Positions 10,029 through 19,500 of a stretch of DNA of 64,000 nt are shown piece by piece. The DNA is taken from IMG/VR virus record IMGVR_UViG_3300029732_000280; one strand, given 5' to 3'. The notes under the pieces were generated by a model, which ran no database searches, was not told the origin of the DNA, and saw only the letters and a list, made by a program, of their open reading frames with translations. The first letter of the stretch is position 1; every line of letters begins with the position of its first letter. A program made the translations under genes and the position numbers. This DNA is from a virus (Duplodnaviria; Heunggongvirae; Uroviricota; Caudoviricetes).

Positions 10029-10047
10029 AATAATCTGGGAGATTATT
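10029..10047. repeat. Perfect palindrome AATAATCT-GGG-AGATTATT about 100 bp upstream of the third recombinase gene. Candidate recombinase-binding or att-core-like site.
   Basis: 8-bp perfect inverted arms seen directly, in an AT-rich non-coding region. Confidence 0.3.
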
Positions 10048-10166
10048 GTCTTATCTGCACGATTTTTATTTTTATTTTGTTTCTTTTTCCAGTTGCGATT
10101 TTTCCGATTCCGCATATACTATTACTGAGCGTGATAGTTCACACGCCACAAATTATTCCAGAGTAC

Positions 10167-10194
10167 TTGTGTTCTGGTTATTTTGTGTTATAAT
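10167..10194 (+). promoter_or_regulatory. Strong sigma-A-type promoter: TTGTGT-N16-TGtTATAAT (extended -10).
   Basis: Seen directly. About 190 nt upstream of the 10392 CDS start. Confidence 0.6.
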
Positions 10195-10198
10195 GAAC

Positions 10199-10375
10199 TT
10201 AGAGGATAGCGGCATTGACCAGCTATCGTGGCGTTGAAGCAGTGGACTGGTTCGGTTTCAGCCGATTGTGGAGCCTGCCCGTGGGTTATGCGACAACCAC
10301 AAGCCGAATAGATTCTTTGAATCGAACAAAAACGCTTAATGAGAGCCTTGCTACGGCAGGGCTCTTATTTTTTGG
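10199..10375 (+). ncRNA. Candidate structured 5' leader or small RNA (about 175 nt) ending in an intrinsic terminator just before the CDS. Riboswitch/attenuator-like layout, class not recognised.
   Basis: Promoter, then a region with multiple stem possibilities (GATTGTGG...CCACAAG, GATTC..GAATC), then the terminator, then RBS AAAGGAG and ATG at 10392. Confidence 0.35.
10342..10375 (+). terminator. Intrinsic terminator/attenuator inside the leader.
   Basis: AGAGCCTTGC-TACG-GCAGGGCTCT stem (one G-U) followed by TATTTTTTGG. Confidence 0.7.
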
Positions 10376-10391
10376 CAAAGGAGATGATGGC

Positions 10392-10997
10392 ATGAGTACC
10401 GATATACTATATGAAGCGGCATTAACGTGGAAAGAACTAATGCAGTTCAATTACGTTTTTACATATGGCTACAAAAAGCAGCTTCATACCATCACTCTCG
10501 CTTTCCCACCTGAGCGATTTCCGCATCTTGCAGGTTTTCAATATTTGACTGATGTCAGTCTGCCACGATTCAACCGGTCAAAAACGCTTGACATGATCCT
10601 GCGTAAAAAAATCATGCTTTCTCAGATCGAAAAAGGCTCTCAATATCAGGAAAGTGTAAAGCCCCGCCTGGAAGCATTGGTTCGCTTAAAGCAAACAATT
10701 GAACAGGACTTTATCCTCCATTCCTACATGCCGCGTTTTTATTCCTTCAGCACCCAAATACAAGCTGATTACCTGATTTCTAAAGCTACACCGCCAATTG
10801 ATTTTATCTTTATCATCCGATCAACTTCATCAGGTGACATTTCCGTTTGTGATGTTGTTTGCTGCTCTGCTTTTACACAAACAGACCGAGATTACCGTGA
10901 GAACCAGCGCCCACGAACAATCCTGAAAAAAGAACGGATTTGCGTTTCAACATCTGAAACTGTTATCTTATATGATCGGCTAACCGGACAGGAATAG
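10392..10997 (+). CDS. Hypothetical 201-aa moron protein with its own promoter, leader and terminators, sitting between the lysis cassette and the recombinases. The ORF-track start at 10215 is a TTG reading through the leader; real start is the ATG at 10392.
   Basis: RBS AAAGGAG 8 nt upstream of the ATG. Plus strand, opposite to the phage genes. No confident family match. Confidence 0.55.
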   Translation: MSTDILYEAALTWKELMQFNYVFTYGYKKQLHTITLAFPPERFPHLAGFQYLTDVSLPRFNRSKTLDMILRKKIMLSQIEKGSQYQESVKPRLEALVRLKQTIEQDFILHSYMPRFYSFSTQIQADYLISKATPPIDFIFIIRSTSSGDISVCDVVCCSAFTQTDRDYRENQRPRTILKKERICVSTSETVILYDRLTGQE

Positions 10998-11009
10998 CCC
11001 ATTTTGAAA

Positions 11010-11042
11010 GGCACAGCCCACACCTGGTTCTGTGTCTTTTTT
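11010..11042 (+). terminator. Terminator after the moron gene. A second hairpin (CCCCGCC...GGACGGGG plus T5) lies at 11093..11122.
   Basis: GGCACAGCCCACACCTGGTTCTGTGTC hairpin followed by TTTTTT. Confidence 0.65.
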
Positions 11043-11120
11043 CATATTCTTTAACATTCAGCTAATTCACCTCGCAATAATGTTTATGTACGCCCCGCCC
11101 TGTAAGGACGGGGACTGTTT

Positions 11121-12584
11121 TTAGATACGGGATGCAAAGTCAAGTGCGATCCAGCCTGCACCGGATTTCAGCTTGCCCCAGCCCTTTGCAGAACCAGCAC
11201 CGGCAGCTTCTGCCACGATGGTAAACACGCCCTTTCCGGTGTAATAACCGGTCTTACCGTAATTCGTGCCCGGTCCCTTGCGGATGTTGAGGTCTTTAAT
11301 GGATACACGCACAGTGTACGGGACTGAAGACTTCGGTTCCGGGTAGACGGCCTTACCCGCCGGGTCAAAAACATAATAGCCCGGATTCTTATCCGCGCAC
11401 TGCTTTGCATAGGTGAGGTCGTGGAACGCACCTTTCTGGGAAGCGGCATTCTGCCAGCTCTTACGGACACGGTACCAGCCGGAAATGGTGGTGCTTCCAG
11501 CAGCCGCATTGTACTGCGTCAGGTTCCAACGCTCGATGATATTGCAGAGATCCTGCACATAGGTGTGACTGGTAGCATAGCCACCATCCTTGATGATCTG
11601 TGCCGCTTTCTTGTAATCAGTGCAGCCTGCCAGACCCTCGTAGCGTTTCCTGCTGCCGTTCATCGCACCGAGCAGATATGCCGCATGGTCGGCAATGGAG
11701 TCTTCCACACAGGCGTACTTACGGAAGTCAGCGGTGATCGTGACCATCGAACCGTCATCGTTCTGCTCCTGCGTTTTCTTGGTATAGACGGACTTGCCAT
11801 CCCAACTGCTGCCGCTCCAGCTGTTCCCGGAAAGCGAAGTCTTCATGCCGAAGCAGTTATTGGCATTCTGTGCCAGCTCAGATTTGCCGTAGCCGGATTC
11901 CAGAATGAACTGTGCCATCGACACGCAGGCAAGGATGCCCGTGGTTTTCTGGTTCGCAGTAAACAGCGGACCGATCTTTGCCACGGCTTCTGCTTCCGAG
12001 AGATTCTTGAGCGAAGAAGCCTGCATGCCGGATGAGGATGAACCGCCCAGTGCTACAGTTACCCTTGCGGCCAGATCACCCAGGCGGGCATACAGCCAGT
12101 TTCCAGGGCAGCTTTTGTTGGCAAACCAGCGGTGAACGGTCAGCACCATTTCATCTGCCGCCGGAACATAGTTGAGTGTCTTATTTTTATCACCCAGCCA
12201 CAGGAGCTTCTTCTTCCCGTTACGCTTGCAGATATCGATGCAGAGCTTGACGAGAGAGTCATATACGGCACTGTTCATGGCATACGGCTCATTCATGTCG
12301 CTGGCGCACTCGATGGTGACAGCCCTCTGGTCATTGGCATTGCTGGACGAACACCAGCTGCGGTTCTTTTCCTCGACACAAAGTGACACCCGCCCATCCG
12401 TACCGATGCCGTAGTTGCAGCTTGCCTGACGGCTCGTGCTGGTAAAGCAGCCGCAGATGCTCTCCGCAGAAAGCTGACCGACCACACAATGCGGTGTGAT
12501 GCGGTCGATACTGTGTGTCCTCTGCCCGGAATGGTTCGGGGAGAGCTTGGTGTAAACAACGAGTGGACTATTGGTATATCCCAT
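11121..12584 (-). CDS. Modular endolysin: N-acetylmuramoyl-L-alanine amidase (Amidase_2/PGRP-like), a glucosaminidase domain, a shared wall-binding domain, and a C-terminal SH3b domain.
   Basis: Amidase_2-like N-terminus. FILESGYGKSELAQNANNCFGMK is a glucosaminidase (LytD/FlgJ-type) motif. The C-terminal NIRKGPGTNYGK...GWGKL region is SH3b-like. Confidence 0.85.
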   Translation of the reverse strand: MGYTNSPLVVYTKLSPNHSGQRTHSIDRITPHCVVGQLSAESICGCFTSTSRQASCNYGIGTDGRVSLCVEEKNRSWCSSSNANDQRAVTIECASDMNEPYAMNSAVYDSLVKLCIDICKRNGKKKLLWLGDKNKTLNYVPAADEMVLTVHRWFANKSCPGNWLYARLGDLAARVTVALGGSSSSGMQASSLKNLSEAEAVAKIGPLFTANQKTTGILACVSMAQFILESGYGKSELAQNANNCFGMKTSLSGNSWSGSSWDGKSVYTKKTQEQNDDGSMVTITADFRKYACVEDSIADHAAYLLGAMNGSRKRYEGLAGCTDYKKAAQIIKDGGYATSHTYVQDLCNIIERWNLTQYNAAAGSTTISGWYRVRKSWQNAASQKGAFHDLTYAKQCADKNPGYYVFDPAGKAVYPEPKSSVPYTVRVSIKDLNIRKGPGTNYGKTGYYTGKGVFTIVAEAAGAGSAKGWGKLKSGAGWIALDFASRI

Positions 12585-12653
12585 AATGATTTCCTCCTGC
12601 TAAAAAGTCGAGGCCCAGATCACTCTGAACCTCGTGCTGTGGTTATTCTGTTG

Positions 12654-13382
12654 TTACGGGATCAGCAGTTTCATGCCGACCCGGATGGCGTTGGAAGTCA
12701 GCCCATTCAGCACACGGATATCTGCACAGCGGCTGCCGCTTCCCAGTTCCTTATCTGCGATCTTCCAGAGATTATCACCGGGAACAACGGTATAGATCCT
12801 GCCTGCTGTGAACGCATAGGTATCCGCACTGTTCAGGACATATGCCACACCGTCCTCTGCCTCGGCACACTTGATCTTCAGCCAGCCATCACAGAACTGC
12901 ACCACTTCCACAAGGGCATTCTTCTTATAGACCGCTACGACCTCCGCTTCCAGACTCGGCTTTTTGCGGATGTTCATGAGGGTCTTGAGCTTGCCGTAGG
13001 CAATGGTCGCCGGAAGCTCCTCCGCAGTCGGGAACTCATTCTCATCCACAGCGGACTCCTCATTCTTATCAACTTCATCCTCTGCTTCCTTTTCCGCCGG
13101 GGTATCTTCCACAGGGGTTGTGGTTTCCGGCTTATCTTCCGGGATATCGTCCACGACTGCTTTCTCCTCACTCTCATCTGCGCCGGTATCCGGGACAGCC
13201 TCTTCCGGATAGATCACGTTGCCGTCATTGTCGAACACTCGGCTGCCGGGGTTCTCATCGCACTTGGCTTTTGCATTCGCCAGCAGACGGTACGCGCCAA
13301 ACTGGGATGCCTCATCTTCCCAGACTTCACGCACACGGTAATAACCGGTCGTCAGTTTTGCGGGATACTCTTTCTTACTCAT
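12654..13382 (-). CDS. Cell-wall-binding protein: N-terminal domain shared with the endolysin, an acidic linker, SH3b and a C-terminal LysM.
   Basis: YTVVPGDNLWKIADKELGSGSRCADIRVLNGL is a LysM motif. GYYRVREVWEDEASQFGAY...ENPGSRVFDNDGNVIYPE is paralogous to GWYRVRKSWQNAASQKGAF...KNPGYYVFDPAGKAVYPE in the endolysin. Confidence 0.7.
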   Translation of the reverse strand: MSKKEYPAKLTTGYYRVREVWEDEASQFGAYRLLANAKAKCDENPGSRVFDNDGNVIYPEEAVPDTGADESEEKAVVDDIPEDKPETTTPVEDTPAEKEAEDEVDKNEESAVDENEFPTAEELPATIAYGKLKTLMNIRKKPSLEAEVVAVYKKNALVEVVQFCDGWLKIKCAEAEDGVAYVLNSADTYAFTAGRIYTVVPGDNLWKIADKELGSGSRCADIRVLNGLTSNAIRVGMKLLIP

Positions 13383-13396
13383 ATTGCTTTCCTCCT

Positions 13397-13430
13397 AAAA
13401 ATTGAGGGAGAGGCTGTTACACCTCTCCCC
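13397..13430 (-). terminator. Terminator plus RBS junction after the holin gene. A similar junction lies at 12601..12634.
   Basis: Minus-strand GGGAGAGG...CCTCTCCC hairpin followed by TCAATTTTTAGGAGG and ATG. Confidence 0.55.
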
Positions 13431-13435
13431 ATTGA

Positions 13436-13849
13436 TTACTCGTCCTTATTCTCCTTTTCTTCCTTCAACTGTGCCAGCATCTCCTTGAGCTTCTCCGGCA
13501 CCGGAAGACCGATAACGGCTGCGTTTTCGAGGCAGCTCAGGCCCTCATTCGCCAGATAGAAAAACACCACTGCTGTACGGATGGCCGCTCCATTCTGGAG
13601 GATCTGTGTGTCAATGATGTTGGCAATGCCGACCAGTACGAAGATGCACACCTTCTTGGCGATGCCCTTAAAGCCAACTTCAGAAGAAAGCTCATGCTTG
13701 ATCGCTGCCGCCAGCACTCCGGTGAAGTAGTCACAGACCACGAACACTACAAGTGCATACAGGAAGCCGTCAAACCCGCCAAAGAACCAGCCCAGGAAAC
13801 CACCCAGACCTGCGAACATCCATTCAATCTTGTCGATCACATTCTGCAT
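13436..13849 (-). CDS. Holin (toxin-secretion/phage-lysis holin family, TcdE-like), 137 aa from the MQNV start.
   Basis: Two to three TM helices, GFLGWFFGGFDGFLYALVVFVVCDYFTG, charged C-terminus. RBS GGAAAGGA precedes the second ATG; the upstream ATG has no RBS. Confidence 0.75.
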   Translation of the reverse strand: MQNVIDKIEWMFAGLGGFLGWFFGGFDGFLYALVVFVVCDYFTGVLAAAIKHELSSEVGFKGIAKKVCIFVLVGIANIIDTQILQNGAAIRTAVVFFYLANEGLSCLENAAVIGLPVPEKLKEMLAQLKEEKENKDE

Positions 13850-13978
13850 AATCTTGTCCTTTCCTGCCCATTTGGGCATAAAAATAGACGGTCAATGCCG
13901 CCTTGTGTATACTCCTTCTATAATGAACACCGTTTCACAGGCATTTGGGAGGTATGTCTGTCAGGGACGGTGGAAATT

Positions 13979-16432
13979 TTACAAACTTCTCATGAAGTTT
14001 TCGATAAATGTGGACTGATACTCATGCGCCCTCCAGTTCGGATGAGAGTTTGTATCAGACACCGTAAATGCCTTATTTCGGAGGTCTCCTGCTGTTTTAC
14101 ACAGACCAAGACTGTTTTCACGATACATCATAACAGGAACCTTATCATCTCCCATCATATCCAGATACGGAATGCCCCATTTAGCAGCCACCTCTCTGGT
14201 TGCCTGTCGATACTTCTCGCCACCGCGATCTGTAATGATAATACCGATTTTAGCAAACGGATAGTTTTTAATAAGATATTCCAGTACTACATTCCAAGCC
14301 CCATAAAAAGTGAGGTTCGTTGTATCTGCCAGTTCTCCCAGATTGGTATGTCCACTATCATTAATGCCAAACCACAGCGTAATATAGTCTGCATCTTTAG
14401 GAATCGCTTTGTACCGATTCAAGGAAAATGGATTTCTCGTAGTAATGGATACTTTGGTCGGGTCTGCTACATAACTCTTATCCAGAGCCATAATCGTTCC
14501 ACATTTTGCTTCATTGATGACGGTCATATTATTTCGCTTTCCAATAAAATACGGATAGACCTTTTTATTTCCATCGGCGTCTTTCCAATCAGAATCGGTT
14601 GCACCATTAAAGTCCCCTTCCGTAAAGCTGTCACCACAGGCAATCCATTTCTTACCCCACAATGGATTCGACGCTTTCAATGATTCTACCATCTTGTTCA
14701 TGCTTGCCAAATCAGACTCCAACGTATCAAGCTGTTCAACCATATTGGAATATTTAGTGCCCAATACATCTACAGTGTCTTTTAATTCCATACAGAGCCT
14801 ACTGTAAACAACATTTTCTGGGTCACCCCAAAAAACGCGATAATGGTTATACACCGTCTCCGCAAGTCCAGATAAGTTCCAAGAATCATTCCGATAAAAC
14901 ATGAGCCAGAAATCGTCCTCATATTCCCTCTTTACAAGGCCAGACTGAAGAAGCTGCTCATAAAGCTCATCAAATGCAGCCACAAACCACTTTTCCCTAA
15001 GAGGTTTGAAGAGCATCTGCACATCCACATAGGTTCCACCGCCCCAGGAGTGCCCGCCATTCAAGGCCATTCGTTTTAAGGGAAATGCTTCATCTCGACA
15101 AATAAGAACATCTTTGCCTTTTAGATAATCCAGTTTACCGAGATTCACGCTGAATCCAGCATCCCCAGCTCTCGGAGTGTCTTTATCAATGGCCATCAAA
15201 ACACTGCTCGTACTCAGAGTCACATTGACTGTTTTGATCCTGCTTGCATATCCCATTTTCTGAATGGCTTTTACTACGCCTGCATTATCTGAATATTCTG
15301 CTTTTCCTGCCTGTTCAGCCTGATTTGAATTTTCAGCATGCACAGACTCTAGCGAATGATATCCCTCATGGCTATATCCGGCAAAAGAACTCACAGGCAC
15401 AGCATCGTACCCCACAAGAGCTGCTCCCAGTGCGGTTGTATCATAAATAGAAAATCGAAATGCTGCTTCACCGGTGGGCGGCTGCATTTTACAGTCATCA
15501 TAGACACCAAACAGATAATGCAGGTAGAAATATTCGCAATCACTCTGGATTTTAAGTGCCTTGAAATCATCTGATCCACAGTCAATCCGAAGCTCATTGT
15601 ATCCTTTCTTCAAATGCATTACTTCCTGCAAGGTATAATTTCTTTTGTAACTGGTAAGGAATCCCCACCCCATCAGGACATCACACTCCACGGACGAGCA
15701 CACCTGAACGGTCATCAAATGACCGACATACATTTCCTGAAAGTCTGCCAATGGAATTGTGAAGAAGCCTCGAATAAAGTTCGACCCATTTTTATTGCAA
15801 TGCACATATGTCAATCTGACATCTGCTGCAACACATCTGCCTTCAGCGATAATTTGCTCTACCTGTCCTGTGCTCTCATTATCAGATTCTCCTTTGAGGG
15901 TTACCTTGCCGAGTCCAATTTCTACTTTCAACTCTGATCTTAAAGCACCATCAGTGCGGCGCAGTGCTGAACCAAGACTGGCATAGCCATGTCCATGAGC
16001 ATCTACCCGTGCATCCACAACCTCTGCTGCATAGTCCTTATCCTTGTCAGTCGAAGCAGACACATTAGCCTCCAGTCGCTTGTCCAACGTATCCATACGG
16101 CTGTTCAACTCTGCCTTGTTGCTATTAGTAAGGCTTTCAGCAGAATTCACCCGACTGTTCATGTTGGATTCTGCGGTATCCACATACTGGGTGAGACGTG
16201 CTTCTGTATCTTCCATTTCCTTGACAGCCTCTGCAATCTGTGCACTGTAAAGGCTGTATTGCATCCAGTAACTTTCATCTGAGATTGCAGTACCGACTGG
16301 CACAGGCTTTCTGCTGATATAGCTCTCACCGGACGCCTTATCCAGAACGATACTGAGTTCTTCGTATTCCTTATCGATTTCCCATACACCATCGTGTTTC
16401 GGAACAATTCTTCTTCCAATAAATTTAGACAT
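13979..16432 (-). CDS. Tail fibre/receptor-binding protein 2 with a C-terminal SGNH/GDSL hydrolase (carbohydrate esterase-like) domain.
   Basis: N-terminal MSKFIGRRIVPKHDGVWEIDKEYE is paralogous to fibre 1. The C-terminus has IACGDSFTEGDF (GDS block) and a DXXH-type end. Start is the ATG at 16432 with RBS AAGGGAG; the track start at 16456 is a TTG. Confidence 0.7.
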   Translation of the reverse strand: MSKFIGRRIVPKHDGVWEIDKEYEELSIVLDKASGESYISRKPVPVGTAISDESYWMQYSLYSAQIAEAVKEMEDTEARLTQYVDTAESNMNSRVNSAESLTNSNKAELNSRMDTLDKRLEANVSASTDKDKDYAAEVVDARVDAHGHGYASLGSALRRTDGALRSELKVEIGLGKVTLKGESDNESTGQVEQIIAEGRCVAADVRLTYVHCNKNGSNFIRGFFTIPLADFQEMYVGHLMTVQVCSSVECDVLMGWGFLTSYKRNYTLQEVMHLKKGYNELRIDCGSDDFKALKIQSDCEYFYLHYLFGVYDDCKMQPPTGEAAFRFSIYDTTALGAALVGYDAVPVSSFAGYSHEGYHSLESVHAENSNQAEQAGKAEYSDNAGVVKAIQKMGYASRIKTVNVTLSTSSVLMAIDKDTPRAGDAGFSVNLGKLDYLKGKDVLICRDEAFPLKRMALNGGHSWGGGTYVDVQMLFKPLREKWFVAAFDELYEQLLQSGLVKREYEDDFWLMFYRNDSWNLSGLAETVYNHYRVFWGDPENVVYSRLCMELKDTVDVLGTKYSNMVEQLDTLESDLASMNKMVESLKASNPLWGKKWIACGDSFTEGDFNGATDSDWKDADGNKKVYPYFIGKRNNMTVINEAKCGTIMALDKSYVADPTKVSITTRNPFSLNRYKAIPKDADYITLWFGINDSGHTNLGELADTTNLTFYGAWNVVLEYLIKNYPFAKIGIIITDRGGEKYRQATREVAAKWGIPYLDMMGDDKVPVMMYRENSLGLCKTAGDLRNKAFTVSDTNSHPNWRAHEYQSTFIENFMRSL

Positions 16433-16532
16433 AGGATTCTCCCTTCTGCCGGACAATTCCGGCTACAACTACTATCGGTTTATCCAGCAGATTGGGAGGC
16501 CCTGTCTTGGGGAAATCAAGGGTTACATAGTA

Positions 16533-16541
16533 CCCCCCCCC
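16533..16541. repeat. C9 homopolymer (G9 on the coding strand) in the intergenic region between the two fibre genes, 98 nt upstream of the fibre-2 start. Candidate slipped-strand phase-variation tract.
   Basis: Seen directly. On the coding strand it sits between the -35-like TCGTCA and TACTAT. Confidence 0.5.
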
Positions 16542-16592
16542 GAATTTTCTGACGATTCATCATATTGTTTCCTTTCCCGGCATAATGCCGTT

Positions 16593-19500
16593 TTATTTGC
16601 TGTCTTCCGTCAGCCATGCACGGATCTGGCAGTAATAGCCGTCTGCCCATGCCTGATAGCCTCTTCCGGAAGGATGGATACTGTTGGTCAGCGTCCGGCT
16701 GGTTTCCGTGAATCGGTTCGTCACCGGCTTATCCGAATACGGAAATGCCAGACGGCGGTCCGTGCGAAGACCGTGGGCAAAACAGGTCACGTTTTTGCGA
16801 TACTTGCCGGCATCAAATGCCTTGATCAGTGCAAGGTTCAGCGTGTTGATGCTCATATGGAAGATACCCATGCTGGAACCGCACTGATAAGAATAATCCG
16901 AGCCGGGACCACAAAGACCGATACCGATCTTGCAGTTCGGGAAGCCCGTTTCCTTATCCAGCAGCGCATCGATGAACTGCTTCGCCTGATCCACGAACTT
17001 CTGCACCTCTGCTTCCGTGCGGTACAGTGTAGTGCCCTGTGACACATCATTGGTGCCAAGTGCGATCAGGAAGTAATCGATGCCCTCATAGCCGTTGGTC
17101 TCGCAGTATTTCTGGAAATCCAGACGGCCTTTGATCTTGTCCCAGAACGCATTCGTTTTGCCGGCGTAATCCGTGTCTGCCAGATACCGGGCAAAGGTCC
17201 AGCTGCCGCGTCCTTCGTGCTTGCCGCCAGACGGTCCTCTCGTTCCCAGCTGGTGGATCACGCAGTCATTATCCTCTGCCAGCAGACGGTACACTTCTGT
17301 TGCCACAAAACCATTGTCCACGAGAGAGTCTCCACAGATGCAGATATTCTTCGTGAGCTTGTCCTTCAGCTTATGGTGGACCCTGACCTGGACAGGTTTG
17401 GACGATACCGTATGGCAGTCATCTTCATCCAGACGGCGGACGGTCAGTGCAAAATCCGTACTGTCCTTCGTCGGCGTGTAGTTCATGCAGTACTCGTTCC
17501 GGGTCAGGCTCGGTGCATTCGTGCCTCTGGCGAGCACATACAGATTTTCCTTGCCATCGTGGCGGGAAAGACAGTCAAAGAAGATGGAAAGCTGGCGTCC
17601 CTCCATGCAGTCCCAGTGGGACGGGGTCACGATGTCATCCTCTACAGCCGGAGTAATGGCTTTCTGCACATAATCCGTGATACGCTTCGGGATGAAAGAT
17701 GCCGCGTTATCTGCGAAGAGATCACCCGCTTTGTATTCCTTACCGCCCACAATGAACTTCACATCCGGGTGAATGTGCGGATTATACAGCTTGCTCTGAT
17801 ACCAGGATGCAATATAGAAACCATTCGTACCCAGCTTTCGGAACAGGCTGGTGTCGTACAGATTGATGGTTTTCGTACCGGCATCATAAGCGAGGATGCG
17901 CATCGGCATACCAAATGTCGAGCTGGGTGTGTTAAATGCCATCTCTACCGGATCGCCTGCCATGATCCACTCATAGTGGAACGTATCCGGAACACCCAGA
18001 CACTTGGTACTGACCTGGATCGTACCGGCATCCTGGTCAATGGTAATACCGCCGCTTGCCAGATACATATGGCGGGAATCCTTACCGGCAAGATCCGTGC
18101 GGAGCTGCTGAAAGCGGTCCTCATACTTCTTTTCGATATAGGAATCACGCCGTTCTTCATCGAAAAGCTCACCGGCCTTATAAGTCGTGCCATCCAGCAC
18201 AATGCTGAAAGAGGAACCCATGTGCGGATACCAGAAATGGTTTTCATACCATGCGGCGATATAGTAGCCATTTACTCCCAATGCCCGGAACTGCGCAGTA
18301 TTGTAAAGATTGATCTGATCTATGGACGAGTCATAGGCAAGGATCAGCATGTGATGCTTTTCTGCTTCCGTACTATCCAACATCGGTACCGGCTCCTCAC
18401 TAGCACTGATCCAGTAGTAAGCACCGTTATCGACAACCGCCAGGATACGTTTCGTGACCTGAATGGTGCGGTTGACCGTATCGATCGCAAACTGGCCTGT
18501 AGCGAGGAACATCTTTGCTGAACGGTACTTGTGCCAGGTCATCACAGTATTCGCAATCTTGGCTGGATTGCCATAATCGATCCCGTTGATGACTGTACCG
18601 CTGCTCGAAGGAGCTGCGTATACCACATTCCAGTCAAAAAAGACCGCAAACACAAAGCGGCCCTTTGTGAATAGATCGCCCCAGCTATCGCCGCTTGTAT
18701 TTTCCACCTTAATGACAGGGACTTCTGTCTTTTCTCCCGTCTCGTTTGCGGATGCTTCCGCACCATCATAGTAGATCGCCCACCATTTTCCCACTACTGC
18801 AAAGTCAAACGAGGTACTGTTTTCCGCCACCAGTTTCGTCTGCTCGTACTGTATACCATTTGTACGGCGGCAGACATATACACTCTTTCCCTCCGGGAAT
18901 GTGACTGTCACCTTGCTGCCCGTGAACCTGATATCCACGCTGCCGTTCATCCACTGCCAGCCTGTTGCGTAATTTGACAGCAATCTCATCGGGAGCATGT
19001 TGTCATAGAGGTACACCGAGAGCTTCGAAAACAGCTTTTCATTGGTGGTGACAGAGATGAAACGGGTATTCGGAAGTAGTGTGATCACATAGTTGTCATA
19101 GACCTTGCCGCTCTCTGCCCGGAAACACCCACCGAGGAACTTACGGTCCATGTCATAGCAGACCACGTTGTTATAGTCATCCCGGCCGCTCATATAGCCG
19201 AACTGACCGTCCACCAGAATCGCATCACCGCTGACCGGGACCATGTGCGCCACGCGCCAGCTTTCCGAAGCTACAAGGTTGCCGTTCTGGTTTGCGTAAC
19301 CATTTTTGATCACCCAGTTCTTCATGATATTCTGCATGGAACGCACCCTGCCGACCGCACGGATATTGTCACCGGCTGTGGGATAAGTCTTTCCCTCATC
19401 ATCCACACGGGCATCTACAAGCTCCTGTGCATAGTTGGCATTTTTATCTGTAGATGCCTTGACGTTGGCATTGATCTGGGCTTTCAGCGTTTCTGCAGTC

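Noticed and set aside
10199-10392. Type III toxin-antitoxin (ToxIN-like) interpretation of the leader plus the 201-aa ORF.
   Set aside because: Type III antitoxins are tandem arrays of 2-6 short direct repeats. No tandem repeat is present in the leader, and the protein shows no ToxN/AbiQ-like motifs recognisable by eye.
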